64,000 bases of DNA. It comes from Okamejei kenojei (taxonomy: Eukaryota). Below the pieces are notes generated by a model that was not told where the DNA came from, did not search any database, and was given only the letters and a program-made list of their open reading frames with translations. Of this stretch, positions 12,196 to 26,030 are shown piece after piece (positions within the stretch are counted from its first letter, which is position 1; each line of letters opens with the position of its first letter). The position numbers and the translations under genes were made by a program. The stretch covers positions 122,450,001 through 122,514,000 of the forward strand of contig CM069131.1 of NCBI GenBank assembly GCA_035221665.1. The letters are read 5' to 3'.

Positions 12196-12583
12196 GTGTA
12201 GGAAGGAACTGCAGATGCTAGTTTACACCAAAAATAGACACAACATGCTGGAGTAACACAGCGGGACAGGCAACATCTCTGAATAGAAGGAATGGGTGAC
12301 ACCCTTTTTCAAACTGAGTCAGGGGAGAGGGAGACACGGATATAAGGAAGAGTGTGTGAAAATGACATCAAAAGGGATGGTCAAGGAAAATGGAGAATAG
12401 ATCATTGTTAGCTAGGAAAAGGTGATAACAAAGCAAACAGAGATAAAATGTAATCGGGGACTGTCAGACTGGTCGAGAACTGGGAAGGGGGGGGGATGGA
12501 GAGACGGAAAGCAAGGGCTACTTGAAGTTAGAGAAGTCAGAGATGCTGCCTGTCTCGCTGAGTTACTCCAGCATTTAGTGTCT
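12196..12583 (-). mobile_element. Penelope-like 3' end with short inverted pseudo-LTR; 14-bp TSD
   Basis: TSD ATGCTTTAGGTTCT at 12182-12195 and 12584-12597; 12539-12583 is inverted relative to ~12236-12282. Confidence 0.85.
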
Positions 12584-13469
12584 ATGCTTTAGGTTCTTCT
12601 CCTCTGAACAATTGTGTGAACTGTTCAAATAATTTTATTGCCTATAATTTAAAAAACGAGGAACATTTTTTGTCAATTTTGCTTATCGTATGAATCGGGT
12701 GGTAGATTATGAGACCCCACCCTCTGCTGCCTTGATGGCTCCCTGCTGTCACAGATTTTATGTCTCTGATGATCAGGCTTTTGAAAATAGATCAAACATT
12801 TTAATTATTTTAATCTTTAATTGTTTTGGTTAATATTTTTTAACTCAAGTTAAGTAAAAAAAAACGCACAAACTGCCTGCAAACTGCCTGCACTTAACCT
12901 TTATAATAAAAGTGATGTTCAGATGCAGGCTGACATAAAGCTTATTTAGTTCCTCAACTTTTGACTCTCATGCACTAACCCTGAGAACTCAATGGCAAGT
13001 CTAGCAGCTGAATGGTAACTTGACCACGGCAGCATCTGACCTCCAGCTTGTCCTTGGCTGAGGCGCTAATTTGCAAGTCAGAGGTTAGCTGATCATAAGA
13101 AGCATCTCCTTTGGGCCACCAGCTTAGGGCAAATACTACTTGGGCACTTATTTGTAATAATTACCTTCCCATAGCTGATATGTCTAAATATGGTTAGATT
13201 CATTTCAAGCTCAGTTTGACATAGCTGACTGATTTAGATGTTATAAATCATAGCTATGTTTGTTTTAACGATATCCATTAGCTACGCATTATGTTTCATA
13301 ATATTATGAATTAGATTGTTAAATGCATAAAGCTACTTGAGTTCTTTCATGCACCCATGCTGTCTCCCCTATCACCTACACAAGAATGCTCTATAAAACA
13401 AATATTCATATTTTAGAGTTTTCGTTCCATCATCCAAAAATATATTTAACTATTTGAATATCTAATATG

Positions 13470-13973
13470 GAAACATAGAAACATAGAAAATAGTTGCAGG
13501 GTTAGGCCATTCGGCCCTTCGAGTCAGCACTGCCGTTCAATATGATCATGGCTGATCATCCAGAATCAGTACCCTGTTCCTGCCTTCTCCCCATATCCCT
13601 TGATCCGTTAGCCCGAAGTGCTCTATTTAACTCTCTCTTGAATACATCCAGTGAATTATGTGGCAGAGAATTCCACATATTCACAACTCTCTGGCTGAAA
13701 TGGCCTACCCCTTATTCTTAAACTGTGACCCCTGGTTCTGGACTCCCCCAACATGGGGAACATTTTTCCTGCATCTAGCTTGTCCAATCCCTTAAGAATT
13801 TGATATGTTCCTGTAAGATCCCCTCTCATCCTTCTAAATTCCAGTGAATACAAGCCCAGTCGTTCCATTATTTCATCATATGTCTGTCCCGCCATCCTGG
13901 GAATTAACCTGGTGAACCTACGCTGCACTCCCTCAAAAGCAAGAATGTCCTTCCTCAGACTAGGAGACTAAAG
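13470..13973 (-). mobile_element. Young CR1 (HER1-like) LINE, 5'-truncated
   Basis: (ATAGAAAC)n tail; ORF 13656..13928 MQRRFTRLIP..LGLYSLEFRRMRGDL..SRTRGHSLRI. Confidence 0.9.
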
Positions 13974-14496
13974 CATAAATGGATTATTGATACTATTTCT
14001 CTAAACATTGGTTGCTTAAAAGTACAATCTATTTGGTTATATTGTTAATTGACATTGCTTCAGGGTTCATTGTGTGCCCTTCTATTTAAGCCCTACTATG
14101 ATAGATACTTCAATTTCTTAGCTTCCTCGACTTAACTGGCCTGATTATATTGAGGCCAATGAACATACTGTTTGGAGATCAATAGATAGAACAAGATTTG
14201 GGAGGTCTCATACTTTGTTGATTTTCCTTTTAATAATAAAGTGAATTCACAAATTTCAACTATAGTGGGTTTTTTTGTGCCTCCATTGAATTTATGTGAA
14301 TTTTTTTTTTGGGAGACCAAGGTCATGAATATCAGAGGAAAACCAGCAACAATTGCAGATGTCTATTTCAAAGAATTCAAATCCAAATCATAAAAGGAAC
14401 CTGTCTATTTTTGTTTTAATTCTCCAATTCCGTGCTGATAGACCTGACAATTCTGCTGCTATTTTTCTGCAAATAAAGCCCCATGAATTATTTGAA

Positions 14497-14760
14497 ACGA
14501 TGAGAAAATCGTTTTTCACACAGAGAGTGGTGAATCTGTGGAATTCTCTGCCACAGAAGGTAGTTGAGGTCAGTTTATTGGCCATATTTAAGAGGGAGTT
14601 GGATGTGGCCCTTGTGGCTGAAGGGATCAGGGGGTATGGAGAGAAGGCAGGTACAGGATACTGAGTTGGATGATCAGCCATGATCATATTGAATGGCGGT
14701 GCAGGCTCGAAGGGCCGAATGGCCTGCTCCTGCACCTAATTTCTATGTTTCTATGTTTCT
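14497..14760 (+). mobile_element. CR1 LINE 3' end
   Basis: RKSFFTQRVVNLWNSLPQKVVE followed by 3'UTR and (CTATGTTT)n tail. Confidence 0.9.
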
Positions 14761-15290
14761 AATTAATATGGTGTTGAATATGTGCAAGGCTTCTCACTCT
14801 AACCTGATGTGAATCCACATGTTCAGTTCAACTGAAATCACTAAATGGAACAAAGATTAGTATCTGGCTAATACTTTTCAGCATCCTCATGCCAAACTTA
14901 GTTAGCTCGAAACTAACTGAGAATTAAATCTAGAAAGCTTGTACCCACCTGGACCAACATCACACACAGAGACACCTTTACCCAATCAATATTCACAATA
15001 GATTACCTCTGATGATGGGGAATTAAATTGGAGAATTAACATTCTTGTCATAACATTTCATTTGTGAATTTTAAGGGCTGACAGCCATCAGATGTAGTAT
15101 CTGATTTCCCAGTAGGTGTCTTTTGAATGTATTGGGAGCACAAAAGCAGATGTTTTTCACACTTCTTTCTTAATTCTTAATTACACAGTTTTCATTCTTT
15201 CATTGAGTATTGAATCACTAGTCTTCATAAATATTCTTCACCTATAAGCGTGAAATACTTGACAAATTGAATCAAACTTTTTGAAACTGC

Positions 15291-15522
15291 AAACATAGAA
15301 ACATAGAAGTTAGGTGCAGGAGTAGGCCATTAGGCCCTTCGAGCCTGCACCGCCATTCAATATGATCATGGCTGATCATCCAACTCAGTATCCTGTACCT
15401 GCCTTCTCTCCATACGCCCTGATCCCTTCAGCCACAAGGACCACATCCAACTCCCTCTTAAATATGGCCAACGAACTGGCCTCAACTACCTTCTGTGGCA
15501 GAGAATTCCACAGATTCACCAC
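15291..15522 (-). mobile_element. CR1 LINE 3' end
   Basis: Near-identical reverse complement of 14527-14760. Confidence 0.9.
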
Positions 15523-17723
15523 AAACAATATGTGAATATTTGAGTATTTTCACTGGCAGCTGTTTAATAGTGGTGGTATCCTGAAAATCGATGGAGAATG
15601 CAATCATTCTTTGAGCATTTTATAGTAATGACGAAAAGCTATTTCCAAGCTTTTATATTACAGAATTCACACGCAAGATTTTTTAATCATTCTTAATAGT
15701 GGCCGGCCTTTTATTTTAATTGCTTGGTCGCTCATAAAGAAAACGTTAAACAAAATTTTGCTTTCATCAACATCAACGAACCATCGTAGTTTTAATGTTT
15801 AACTAAGCGACCCGTGGACCCGTTAATTAAAGGCCTGTGTGCTTTTCAACAGGCAACTAAGAGCATTGCATGGATCAACTGGTTCCCCCAGTTCTACAGT
15901 GCAGAAGCACAGCTAATCTTCCAGTCCACTGCTGGACTTGACATTAAATCCAAGGATGGAACTCAGTCATGCTCTCGCAGCAAGACCCCTTAAGTTTGAA
16001 TGGAATTGTCAAGTTGAATGACAATGCTAAGTGATTGATGTTTTCTTTTATTTTAATGCTTTATGATGTTTTTAATTAATATCAATTAAAATTCTAGTTA
16101 ATTATTTATCTTTCAATTGTTTTTAAATATTTTGGATCTTCAAAGACATTTAACAACCGTTAAAATGGCCTTTGTAGTAGAAGCTATTAACAAGCAAAGG
16201 AGGCAACCTGGGAGGGAGGCTTGTGGTTCATCACCCGAGGCCCAGTTGGCACATGTTTATACTTCACAGGACAACTATGACAGTGAGGCTTTTGGATCAA
16301 TTGAAGCGTGTGGGGCCGTGAAAGGTTAATGTTGCCGCACAGATCATCGCGGGGGTGGGAGTAAAATGCAGGTTAGATCAAGCACAGTCTGGTCCAGTGT
16401 TTCACTGTTCTATAAGATGGGTTGATTTATCATATTTCCAAAAACTGCTTTATGTGGTTGTTGAATTGATGGAAAAAATTAGAAGGCTATGAATAAACCA
16501 AAGAAAATGTTGGGCCTTAATTAGCCTGAAGTATAGCCTTGAGTTTTAGTAATGTGAGCAACAGCTGTTGTTTCATATAAGAAAGTATTGTGAAGATTGT
16601 TCAAATCTTTGAGGATTAAAGAAAGGTGATGAAGCTGTAATTAAGTTATTGGGCATTCTTTTCATTGTTTGTAAATTTTTGTCCTCTTCATAGAATTACT
16701 GCAGCCTTATTTTAAAAGGAATGAAAAGTGTGTGTGAAGTGTCTGCCCCTTTCTGGTGCCAAATAATCTCAAACAGTACTTGAAGTCAATTTCTATTATG
16801 TTTGCAGTGAAGCTCTCAACCATGTTGGATGGGGGTACGGTGGGAACGAGTGGGGCAATTAGCTTTCAGATTTCAAGTTACAAGCTTTTGCCCTTTAATG
16901 TGGAACATTTGGTACCCTTTATCTGCATTGTTCCATTACACGATTATAAAGCAATTGGCTGCTGTAAGTTCTACTTAATTTTCTGTTTATATAGTCAGCT
17001 CCAATGTGTGTAAGCCCCTGTTTGAAGTATTTACCAATCTGTCAGCACCAGGTTGTTAATAAGTTATTGGATTGTACTGCTGAAAGTTTCAAGGTGCTAC
17101 ATTTTTGAAAAGTTGGGTGAAACCACAGTTAAGCATGGTAACAGAATTTAAGATTTTTTTGTGTTATTTTCAGGATGGAAAAGGGATTTTTTTTTTTGGT
17201 GATATTCAATTAAATCGGTATGTCAATGCCTTGGAATGTAACAGATTTTCCCTTCTGTTATTCATTCTGAAGATGAAGGAGACCCATGTTGCATATGGTA
17301 CAAGTTAGATGCGAGTGATACTGCTGGTGCAATTTGCTTTGATTGTGGTATTGAGAACTTTTATCACTGCACCATTATAAAACCTATTCTTTCCTACACC
17401 GACCAGTATTGTGGAATTGTTAAGTGAGTGGCGGTTCAGCACCAATTGTGCAGCAGTACTGGCACAAAGCCACTTGGCAGCCCATGCTCACTAGAAACTG
17501 TGTTCAGCTGCCAAACCCATTCACTTTGAGACTTTATGGTTAGCTGAGGAAAGCAGTTTGACTTGAATTGGAGTCTAGATTTTGGGGTGAAAAGGTAATT
17601 AAAGAAGCATTGCAGACCATGTTCAAGTTATTGCAGAAAATAATCTAAAGGCATTTCTCAGAGACCCAAAGGAATACTGAGTACTGAGCCAAGTACAAAA
17701 TCAGGAAGTTGATTACATAATAT

Positions 17724-17993
17724 GGCGGCATGGTGGCGTGCAGTAGAGATCCAGCCTTGGAGTGCCAGAGACCTGGGTTTGATCCTGACTACAGATGATG
17801 TCTGTATGGAATTTGTCCATTCTCCTCGTGACCGGGTGGATTTTCCCTGGGTGCTCCAGTTTTCTCCCACACTCCAAGGACTTACAGATTTGTAGGTTAA
17901 TTGGCTTTAATTAAAAATTGTAATTTGTTCCTAGTGTGTAGGATAGTATTAGTGTACAGGGAGCACTAGTCGGCGCGGACTTGGTGGGCCGAA
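17724..17993 (+). mobile_element. HE1-like SINE
   Basis: ggcggcatggtggcgtgcagtagag (A box) ... gggtttgatcctgactac (B box) ... 3' CR1-like ggtgggccgaagg. Confidence 0.8.
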
Positions 17994-18192
17994 GGAGCTA
18001 CTCCAGCTTTTTGTGGGTCTATCATCAGAATATATATGCAGATTAGTTGACAGGCATATGGTCAAAAAGGCATGCGTTTGTGAAAATGTGTGCTGTCATA
18101 AATTACATTTCTTAATGAAATGCAGTCTTTTATTTTCTCAAGTTTGAACCATAAAGTTTTTCCGATTGTTTTCAAATCAGTAATATGTCGTC

Positions 18193-19640
18193 GAGTCAAG
18201 TCAAGAGAGTTTATTGTCATGTGTCCCTGATAGAATTCTTGCTTTGCTTCAGCACAACAGAATATAGTAGGCATGAATACAGAACATATCAGTGTGTCCA
18301 TATACCATTATATAAATATATACACGCATCAATAAATAAGCAGATAAAGTGCAAATAAACAGATAATGGTCTATTAATGTTCAGAGATTTGTTTCAGTTG
18401 AGTTTAATAGCCTGATGGTTGTGGGGAGGTAGCTATTTCTGAACCTCGACGTTGCAGTCTTCAGGCTCCTGTACCTTCTACCTGAAGGTAGCGGGAAGAT
18501 GAGGGTGTGGGTCCTTGATGATGCTGGCAGCCTTTTTGAGGGAGCGACTACGATAGATCCCCTCTATGGTAGGGAGGTCAGCCGATGATGGACTGGGCAG
18601 TGTTTACTGCTTTTTGTAGTCTTTTCCGCTCCTGGGCGCTCAAGTTGCTGAACCAAGCCACGATGCAACCGGTCAGCATGCTCTCTACTGTAAACCTGTA
18701 GAAGTTAGAGAGAGTCCTCTTTGACATACCGACTCTCTGTAATCTTCTCAGGAAGTAGAGTCGCTGATGTGTTTTCTTAATAATTGCATCAGTGTTCTCG
18801 GACCAGGAGAGATCTTCAGAGATATGCACGCCCAGGAATTTGAAACTCTTGACACTCGCCACCATCGACCCGTTGATATAAACGGGACCCCTTCCAAATC
18901 CTACCCCTTCCAAAGTCCACAATCAGTGAGTGAGTACAGCAGGGGGCTGAGCACGCAGCCTTGAGGTGCTCCTGTGCTGATTGTTATCGAGGCTGACACA
19001 TTTCCACCAATACGAACAGTCTGTGGTCTTTTAATGAGAAAGTCGAGGATCCAATTGCAGAGGGATGCGCAGAGACCCAGATCTGAGAGCTTGGTATGAG
19101 AGGGGATGATTGTATTAAATGCCGAGCTGTAAATCAATGAATAACAGCCTGACATATGAGTTTTTGTTGTCCAAGTGGTCCAGAGCGGAGTGGAGAGCCA
19201 GCGAGATCGCATCCACCGTTGATCTGTTGTGCCGGTAGACAAACTGCAGTGGGTCCAGGTTTTTGTCGAGGTAGGAGTTGATTTGCGCCATGATCAACCT
19301 CTCAAAGCATTTCATCACCACAGGCGTTAGTGCCACTGGTCGATAGTCATTGAGGCACGTCACCTTGCTCTGCTTGGGCACCGGTATAATTGATGCCCTT
19401 TTAAAACAGGTGGGAACCTCAGACCTCAGAAGTGAGAGGTTGAAAATGTCCGCAAAAACTCCAGCCAGTTGGTCTGCACAGGTTTTTAGAACACGACCAG
19501 GTATACCATCAGGTCCAGGTGCTTTTCGAGGGTTCACCCCTCTGAAGGATTTTCTGACGTCGCGTCTGTGACTGAGACTGAAATACCATCACAGCGAATG
19601 GGGGCTCGGGAACGGCCCTATCAAAGCGTGCGTAAAACTG
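18193..19640 (-). mobile_element. Rex1/Babar-clade LINE, 5'-truncated, frameshifted RT
   Basis: [48 protein letters not shown]; [15 protein letters not shown]; FKFLGVHISEDLSWS..QRLYFLRRL; short (CTTGA)n tail. Confidence 0.92.
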
Positions 19641-20219
19641 AACATCGATAATCCATTCAATTTTTTTTCTTTAAAATACAAATCTAGTAATTGCACCTTT
19701 CTTAAAGTGGAGACACGAGACCGCAAATGCTGCAATCTGCAGGTTCTGATGCTGAAACTGTGACCTTCACTCTGCCACTCAGATGATGCCTAACCCAATT
19801 TACATATCATGTTCTCTGCTACTGAACTAAATCCTCTGCCGCTGTGCTTAACAATAGCACATCACCTTTCAAATTTCTATTTTATTGCAATGTAAATTGA
19901 CACCATTTCCTAGCACCCATTACTAATTTATAGGTTAAATATTTGCCTCCTGTAAATCTTTTGTTTCCCATTGCTGCATATGCCCTCGCCTCCTTCTGCT
20001 GGAAGGTTTTCTGATTGTACTGATGATTGTCTAATACCATCACTGGCCATTAACCACAGATTTTCCATTAGAAAAGGCTATTCGAGCCAAGCTGTGTACT
20101 GTTCTAATCTCACACCATGGTGTCAATTACACTTTAAAATGCACGCCTTCGTACTAATTCAGAAAGTTGTGATTCTCACCCCGAGGCTTGCAAAGGCAGT
20201 TAGAATGTTGATGCAGTTA

Positions 20220-20447
20220 AGGGCCTGTCACACTTGGCGATTTTCTTCAGCGACTGCCGGCATCATATCAGTGTTGTCAAAAGATTTTGAACATTTCAAA
20301 ATCCAGCGGTGACAAAAAAAATGTTGCGACGCTCGAAAAAACACCGCGCATCAATACGTCATCACGCCGCGGATTTCTCAGTGACCTCACACGTCAGTTA
20401 ATGATGCCGGCAGTCGCCGAAAAAAATCACCAAGTGGGACAGGCTCT
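20220..20447. mobile_element. PIF/Harbinger-type MITE
   Basis: TIRs AGGGCCTGTCACACTTGG / CCAAGTGGGACAGGCTCT extend ~45 bp inward (cgactgccggcatcat / atgatgccggcagtcg); TTA TSD at 20217-20219 and 20448-20450. Confidence 0.85.
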
Positions 20448-23299
20448 TTAGACTCTTGAAGAGGAGGTGTTCAACTAAGGCCACATCTGCCTTTTCAGGT
20501 GGGTCTAAGTAACTTAATAAAGTCTGAGGGGCTATGCAAATTTCCCTGATGTGTTGAATGCTTTACACTCTGTCCAAGCAGTCGTTTTTATTTACAGCAT
20601 TCCTGTTTGTGGGATAATTTTGAATGGAGAGCAATCATCTTGTAACAACAGTGACTTCAACTCCAAACAGCGAACGAGCTGGCAAAGGTCTTTGGAATGG
20701 CCTGAGCATGTAAAAGTTCGCATTTCTTTCCCTTGATATTGAGCAGATAAACTATTCAACTTTCCAACTCCTACCTTGGATATTGTGGAACGTTTGGGAT
20801 TGAGACCAACTCATTTATTATGACAGAGTCTAACCTAGTATCCAAACTGCCTGGTTTGGCAACTTTGATTTAATGAGAGAGCTGTTTTTTGGACCTTACA
20901 CCTGTGCCATCAGACCTTCAGTGTCATATCTCCTCACCAGTAATTAGTAATGATTTGATTTGAATCAACATGTGCTACATTTTTGTACCGTCTGCTGTTT
21001 AATGTTCATAGAGCAGCAACTTCGAACTACTGGATTGGTATTTATCCTCGCACAAATTCAATGACCTATCTTTAATAAATGGAAAGAAGGTTGCAAATGA
21101 GTTCAAGACTTGGCTGCAACAATCTCTGGGGTTTTCTGATGGCTTTATTTTGCTACTCTAAAGAAAGCTGTCAACATGTGAAGAAGGAGTGAATTTCTAC
21201 ATTGCCAAATCTCTGCAATTGTTATGTCAAAAGCAATGATGCAAGTGCAGGGACATTGGGCAAAGCCAGTATCCTTTCTGGGGTGAGTGTAGTGGGTACT
21301 AGTATCCTGCTCCTTTGCAATGTGCTTCGTTTCATGTGGGTTATGCTCTGAATACATACATTCAGGCACGAGTGCTTCGAGTAACTAATAAAAGTTAGGG
21401 GTCTTCTACAAGCCCCCTCCACCAGTGCCCTGTGATATTTGTCAGAAGTGTTGGAAATTCTGAGGGAATTCATTCCATCATTAAAACTTGGGTCTTTGGT
21501 TATCTCTAACTAGAACATCTTGATCACCTAATATATCAGAATTGATTATGTAACTTTTAAATGATCAATTGCTGCATTTTGCTGTGATCTACGCCATAGA
21601 GATTGTGGCATGTTAGATTGAAATGTAATTTCGTTTTTTAAATGATCATGTCTTGAAAGTTGTTTTGTGTGCTGTGGACGTGAATAACTAACTGCATGCT
21701 GGAGTTAATCTTGGCAGGCAGATATGATGCAATGAATATAATTGGTTTTGTGCAGCAATTGGAATTCATTGTATTTAATCACTTCAACTTGATTACAATG
21801 TTGCTTCTTGAGGGATCTCTTGCTAAAATCCTCGTCCTGATAAGAATATTCCCGAGAAGGTTGGTCTCTATAAAAGGCAGATCATTTATAAAAGGAAGAG
21901 GAGGAAAACATGAGGTAAGGGTAGTCTACGATTTCCTTGTGAGGCTTGCAAGGAAGCTAAAATACACGTCATGCCGTTGATGGAGATTGAACCAGGCTGT
22001 GGAAAAATACCTGACTCTCTATTCATGCCTGGGAGAAGTGGGTTGATTTGGGTTCCAATATCATTGGAACCAACTTGCACTCTAGAGATCATGCAGCCTG
22101 CTTTCTGTGAGATAGATTGGAGCTAAATTTAAGGCATTCGTTTTTTTGTGGAAGGGGTGTGCTTTGATTTGTTATTAACTGCTTTCATTTTTTTTGTTGA
22201 TCAAATTATAATACTGCTTTTCTTTAATCTGATTTGAACTGGTTTTGATCAGCCTTATCTTCACTACAGATTGATGCTGGCATCCATTTTTAAACTTTGT
22301 AGAAAGTATTGAACAACTTAGTCAGCAGGGTCATCTCCTTTCATGACATTGGTCTTTGTTTGCTCCCACTTTACTGTGTGCACATTTAATAAAAGCTAGA
22401 TGCTTTATATTTCAATTGGAAGGTGACTATAAAAAGCTTGGTTATTTTTTCTTGGTACAGAAAAATACCATGAGCAATGTTGAGATTCCACATTGTCTCC
22501 TTTTGAATGGGAACGTCCTGATATACAATACTAACTGGTACATTAGGCTTCCAAAAATCATGCATTTGTCTGTCGACGCCTTTAATGCTTAATGAATCGG
22601 TGTGGATTGCTGCATTGTGGATTGAAGAATACAATTATCCATGTTTTCTTTCTTTTCCATTTCTCTCTCCACAGATGCTGAATGACTTGCTACGTGTTAA
22701 AAATGCTTACTTTTTTCACACATTTCCACAATTGCAATTTTTTGATTTTCATATTGTTATCCATGTCATCTGCCTTTGGTAAGACCTTAAGGGGCACTCT
22801 CACACTCTCACATTCCGATGTAAGAAAAACAGCAACAAAAATTCAGAAGCTTGATCCTTGAGTTGCGCTGATATAGGATATCAAACTTGTTCCATATAAA
22901 TTGCTCAGAACATTTTGAACCTGTGGGAGCTTCCTTTGATCATATGTTTATTTCACTTAAGGCATTTATTTCACTTGCCTATGTCTCCGTGTAAAGGATT
23001 AATGAGCTGCTAGCTTGGCCTAATTGGAAATCTGAGGGCCGAGATCATTTCTTGTCCAAAGATGCTCATTTACTCTGATGTACTTAACAGGAAAATGGAA
23101 CTTGCCACCTATAAATAAAAACACTTATGTACACCATGTAAAAGAAAGACAGTGATATTGATAATAACAATTCCCCATCCTCCCAGTTTTGATACAGGTA
23201 ATTAAAGATTCCAATAGAAAGACTATCTTTTCTTCCATTTGAATGGTTACGGGGCATCACCTACTGCAATGAAATCGGCCTGTGTATAATTTGGAGCAT

Positions 23300-26030
23300 A
23301 TGACGCTTCCGGGAGAGGAGGGGGTCTTGCACTGCTCTATCGCGAGAATCTCAAGATCTCGTCAGTCTCAGTCACAGAGCCATCCTCGTTCGAAATCCTG
23401 ACTGCTCAACTACATGGGTGTACACCCACCCTCATCGTGTCTATCTATAGTCCTCCAAAGCCTTCTACAGTTTTTATTAGCGAACTCACTGCTATTTTAT
23501 CTGACCTATGTTCCATGTCCCCCAATGTCATTTTAATGGGTGATTTCAATATTCATTTAGATAAACATACTGACACCTTTACTAAAGATTTTATTTCTAT
23601 TCTGGATAGTTTTGGCCTCACTCAGTACATCGATTTCCCAACCCATAATAAAGGCCATATTTTAGATTTAGTCTGTTGCTCTGGAGTGACACCATATCCA
23701 TTTCAGACCATAAAACTGTCCTTTTTGATATTAAACTCCCTAAACGCAATCTGAAGCGCACCATATCCTTCCATAATCTGAAAAACATTAATCAAGTGGA
23801 ACTCAACAGACTAATCAGTAACTCTCTTCATCCTACTTCCCCCCCACTCTGCATTGCTAACCTGTTTGATCACTACTGTTTATCCCACTCATTAAACTCC
23901 TTGGCTCCTCTGAAAACCCGTACAGTCTCTTTTAGCAGGTCATCTCCTTGGTACACCCCTGAACTCCGCCATATGAAAATGGTGGGCCGGCGTCTGGAGA
24001 GACTTACAAAGAAAACTGGACTAACTATTCACCACCAATGCATACAGATCATCTTCTCTCATATAAAAATGCCCTGACCGCTGCTAAATCCTCCTACTGC
24101 TCCAACATCATTAACAACAGTGAAAATAACACTCGGACTTTATTCCCCACTGTCAACAAACTACTTAAACCTCTCGAAACCTCGAATCACCTCACCTCCA
24201 CTGCTCAGTGTAATACGTTTTTGGACTTTTTCAGTACCAAAATCACCAGCATTCATCACCAATTGAACTCTTTCTCAGCTTCTGCTCCCAACAGCCCACC
24301 CTGGACTTCCACACTGAACTCCCCCCTCTCCACCCTATCTACTTTCCAGCTTCCAACAGTCGAAGAAATAACTAAACTCATCACCAAGTCCAAGAACGCC
24401 TCCTGCTTGCTTGATCCCATCCCTACTGTCCTGGTTAAATCCTGTCTGCCCTCTATCTCACCCATCATAACGTCCATAATTAACTCCTCCCTATTAACTG
24501 CTACTGTCCCTACATCTCTCAAAACAGCTTCTGTCACCCTGATTCTAAAAAAAACAGGTTCTGATCCAAACAATCCAAATAACTACCGCCTCATCTCCAA
24601 CCTCCCATTCATCACTAAACTTCTGGAAAGGACAGGAGCGACACAACTTCAAGTCCACCTTCAAAACAATAACCTCTATGAACCATTTCAGTCCGGTTTT
24701 CGCCACAATCACAGCACTGAAACAGCCTTGGTAAAAATTACAAATGATCTCCTTCTCGCAGCTGACACCGGCCACTTATCCATCCTGATCCTCCTCGACC
24801 TCACAGCAGCCTTTGACACCATCTCCCACCCAATTCTTCTGGAACGTTTATCTGCCACCGGCATCAACAATAATGCGCTACTTTAGTTCAGGTCCTATCT
24901 ACACGACAGAAAACAGTTCATCCAGAGAAATAAAGTCACATCCACAACTGCCACAGTCACCCATGGTGTTCCTCAGGGATCGGTGCTGGGGCCACTGTTT
25001 TTCTCATCTATATTCAACCTCTTGGCAATATTCTCCGTCATTTTGGAATCAATTTTCACTGCTACGCCGATGATACACAACTTTACCTCTCCACAAAACC
25101 AAACACCTCCCTTCCCCCAACTGCCCTCACCACCTGTCTTCAAGCTATCAGCAACTGGATGTCACTCAACCTTCTAAAACTCAATGGAAATAAAACAGAA
25201 ATCATGCTAAGTGGCTCAAAGTCCACACTCTCCAAAACCCACCTGTTCACCATTTCAGTTGATGGCTCACCCATACCCACCTCCTCCCATGTCAAAAGTC
25301 TCGGCGTCATTCTGGACAGTACACTTTCCTTTGGCCCCCACATCAGCAATATCACATGCTCTGCATATTTTCATCTCCGCAACATCTCCAGACTCCGCCC
25401 CTCCCTCTCCAAAGACAATACAAAAGTCCTCATCCACGCTCTGGTCACATCCCGCATCGATTACTGCAGCGCCCTCCTCACTTGCACCTCCAATAAACTT
25501 CTTCATCGCCTCCAATGCATTCAGAACTCTGCAGGCTGGATCATCACCCGCACCAGATCATCGGACCACATCACACCCATCCTCACTCAGCGCCACTGGC
25601 TCCCTGTGCACCATCGGATTAACTACAAGATTTTACTGCTGACCTTCAAAGCCCTACACCACCTTGTTCCCCAATACCTCTCTGACCNNNNNNNNNNNNN
25701 NNNNNNNNNNNNNNNNNNNNNNNNNNNNNNNNNNNNNNNNNNNNNNNNNNNNNNNNNNNNNNNNNNNNNNNNNNNNNNNNNNNNNNNNNNNNNNNNNNNN
25801 NNNNNNNNNNNNNNNNNNNNNNNNNNNNNNNNNNNNNNNNNNNNNNNNNNNNNNNNNNNNNNNNNNNNNNNNNNNNNNNNNGGTGACTCCTTGGGCCCCA
25901 CGTCTCTGGAACACTCCAGAAAAGCGCAGCAAATACTTCAAAATGCAGTATTGAGATTTTATGTCCTGTAAGGTGTCCTTGGGTGTCCAGAAAAGCGCCA
26001 GCAAATAAAATGCATTATTATTATTATTTT
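23300..26030 (+). mobile_element. L2-clade LINE, APE endonuclease + RT, disrupted ORF2, spans an N gap
   Basis: IYSPP..MGDFNIH..PTHNKGHILDLV (APE); [50 protein letters not shown]; GVPQGSVLGPL; YADDTQL; HWLPV..RI.YKILLLTFKALH; 3' end ..aaaagcgc..aaataaaatgc(ATT)n. Confidence 0.92.
25688..25881. other. Assembly gap (N run)
   Basis: N characters. Confidence 1.
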
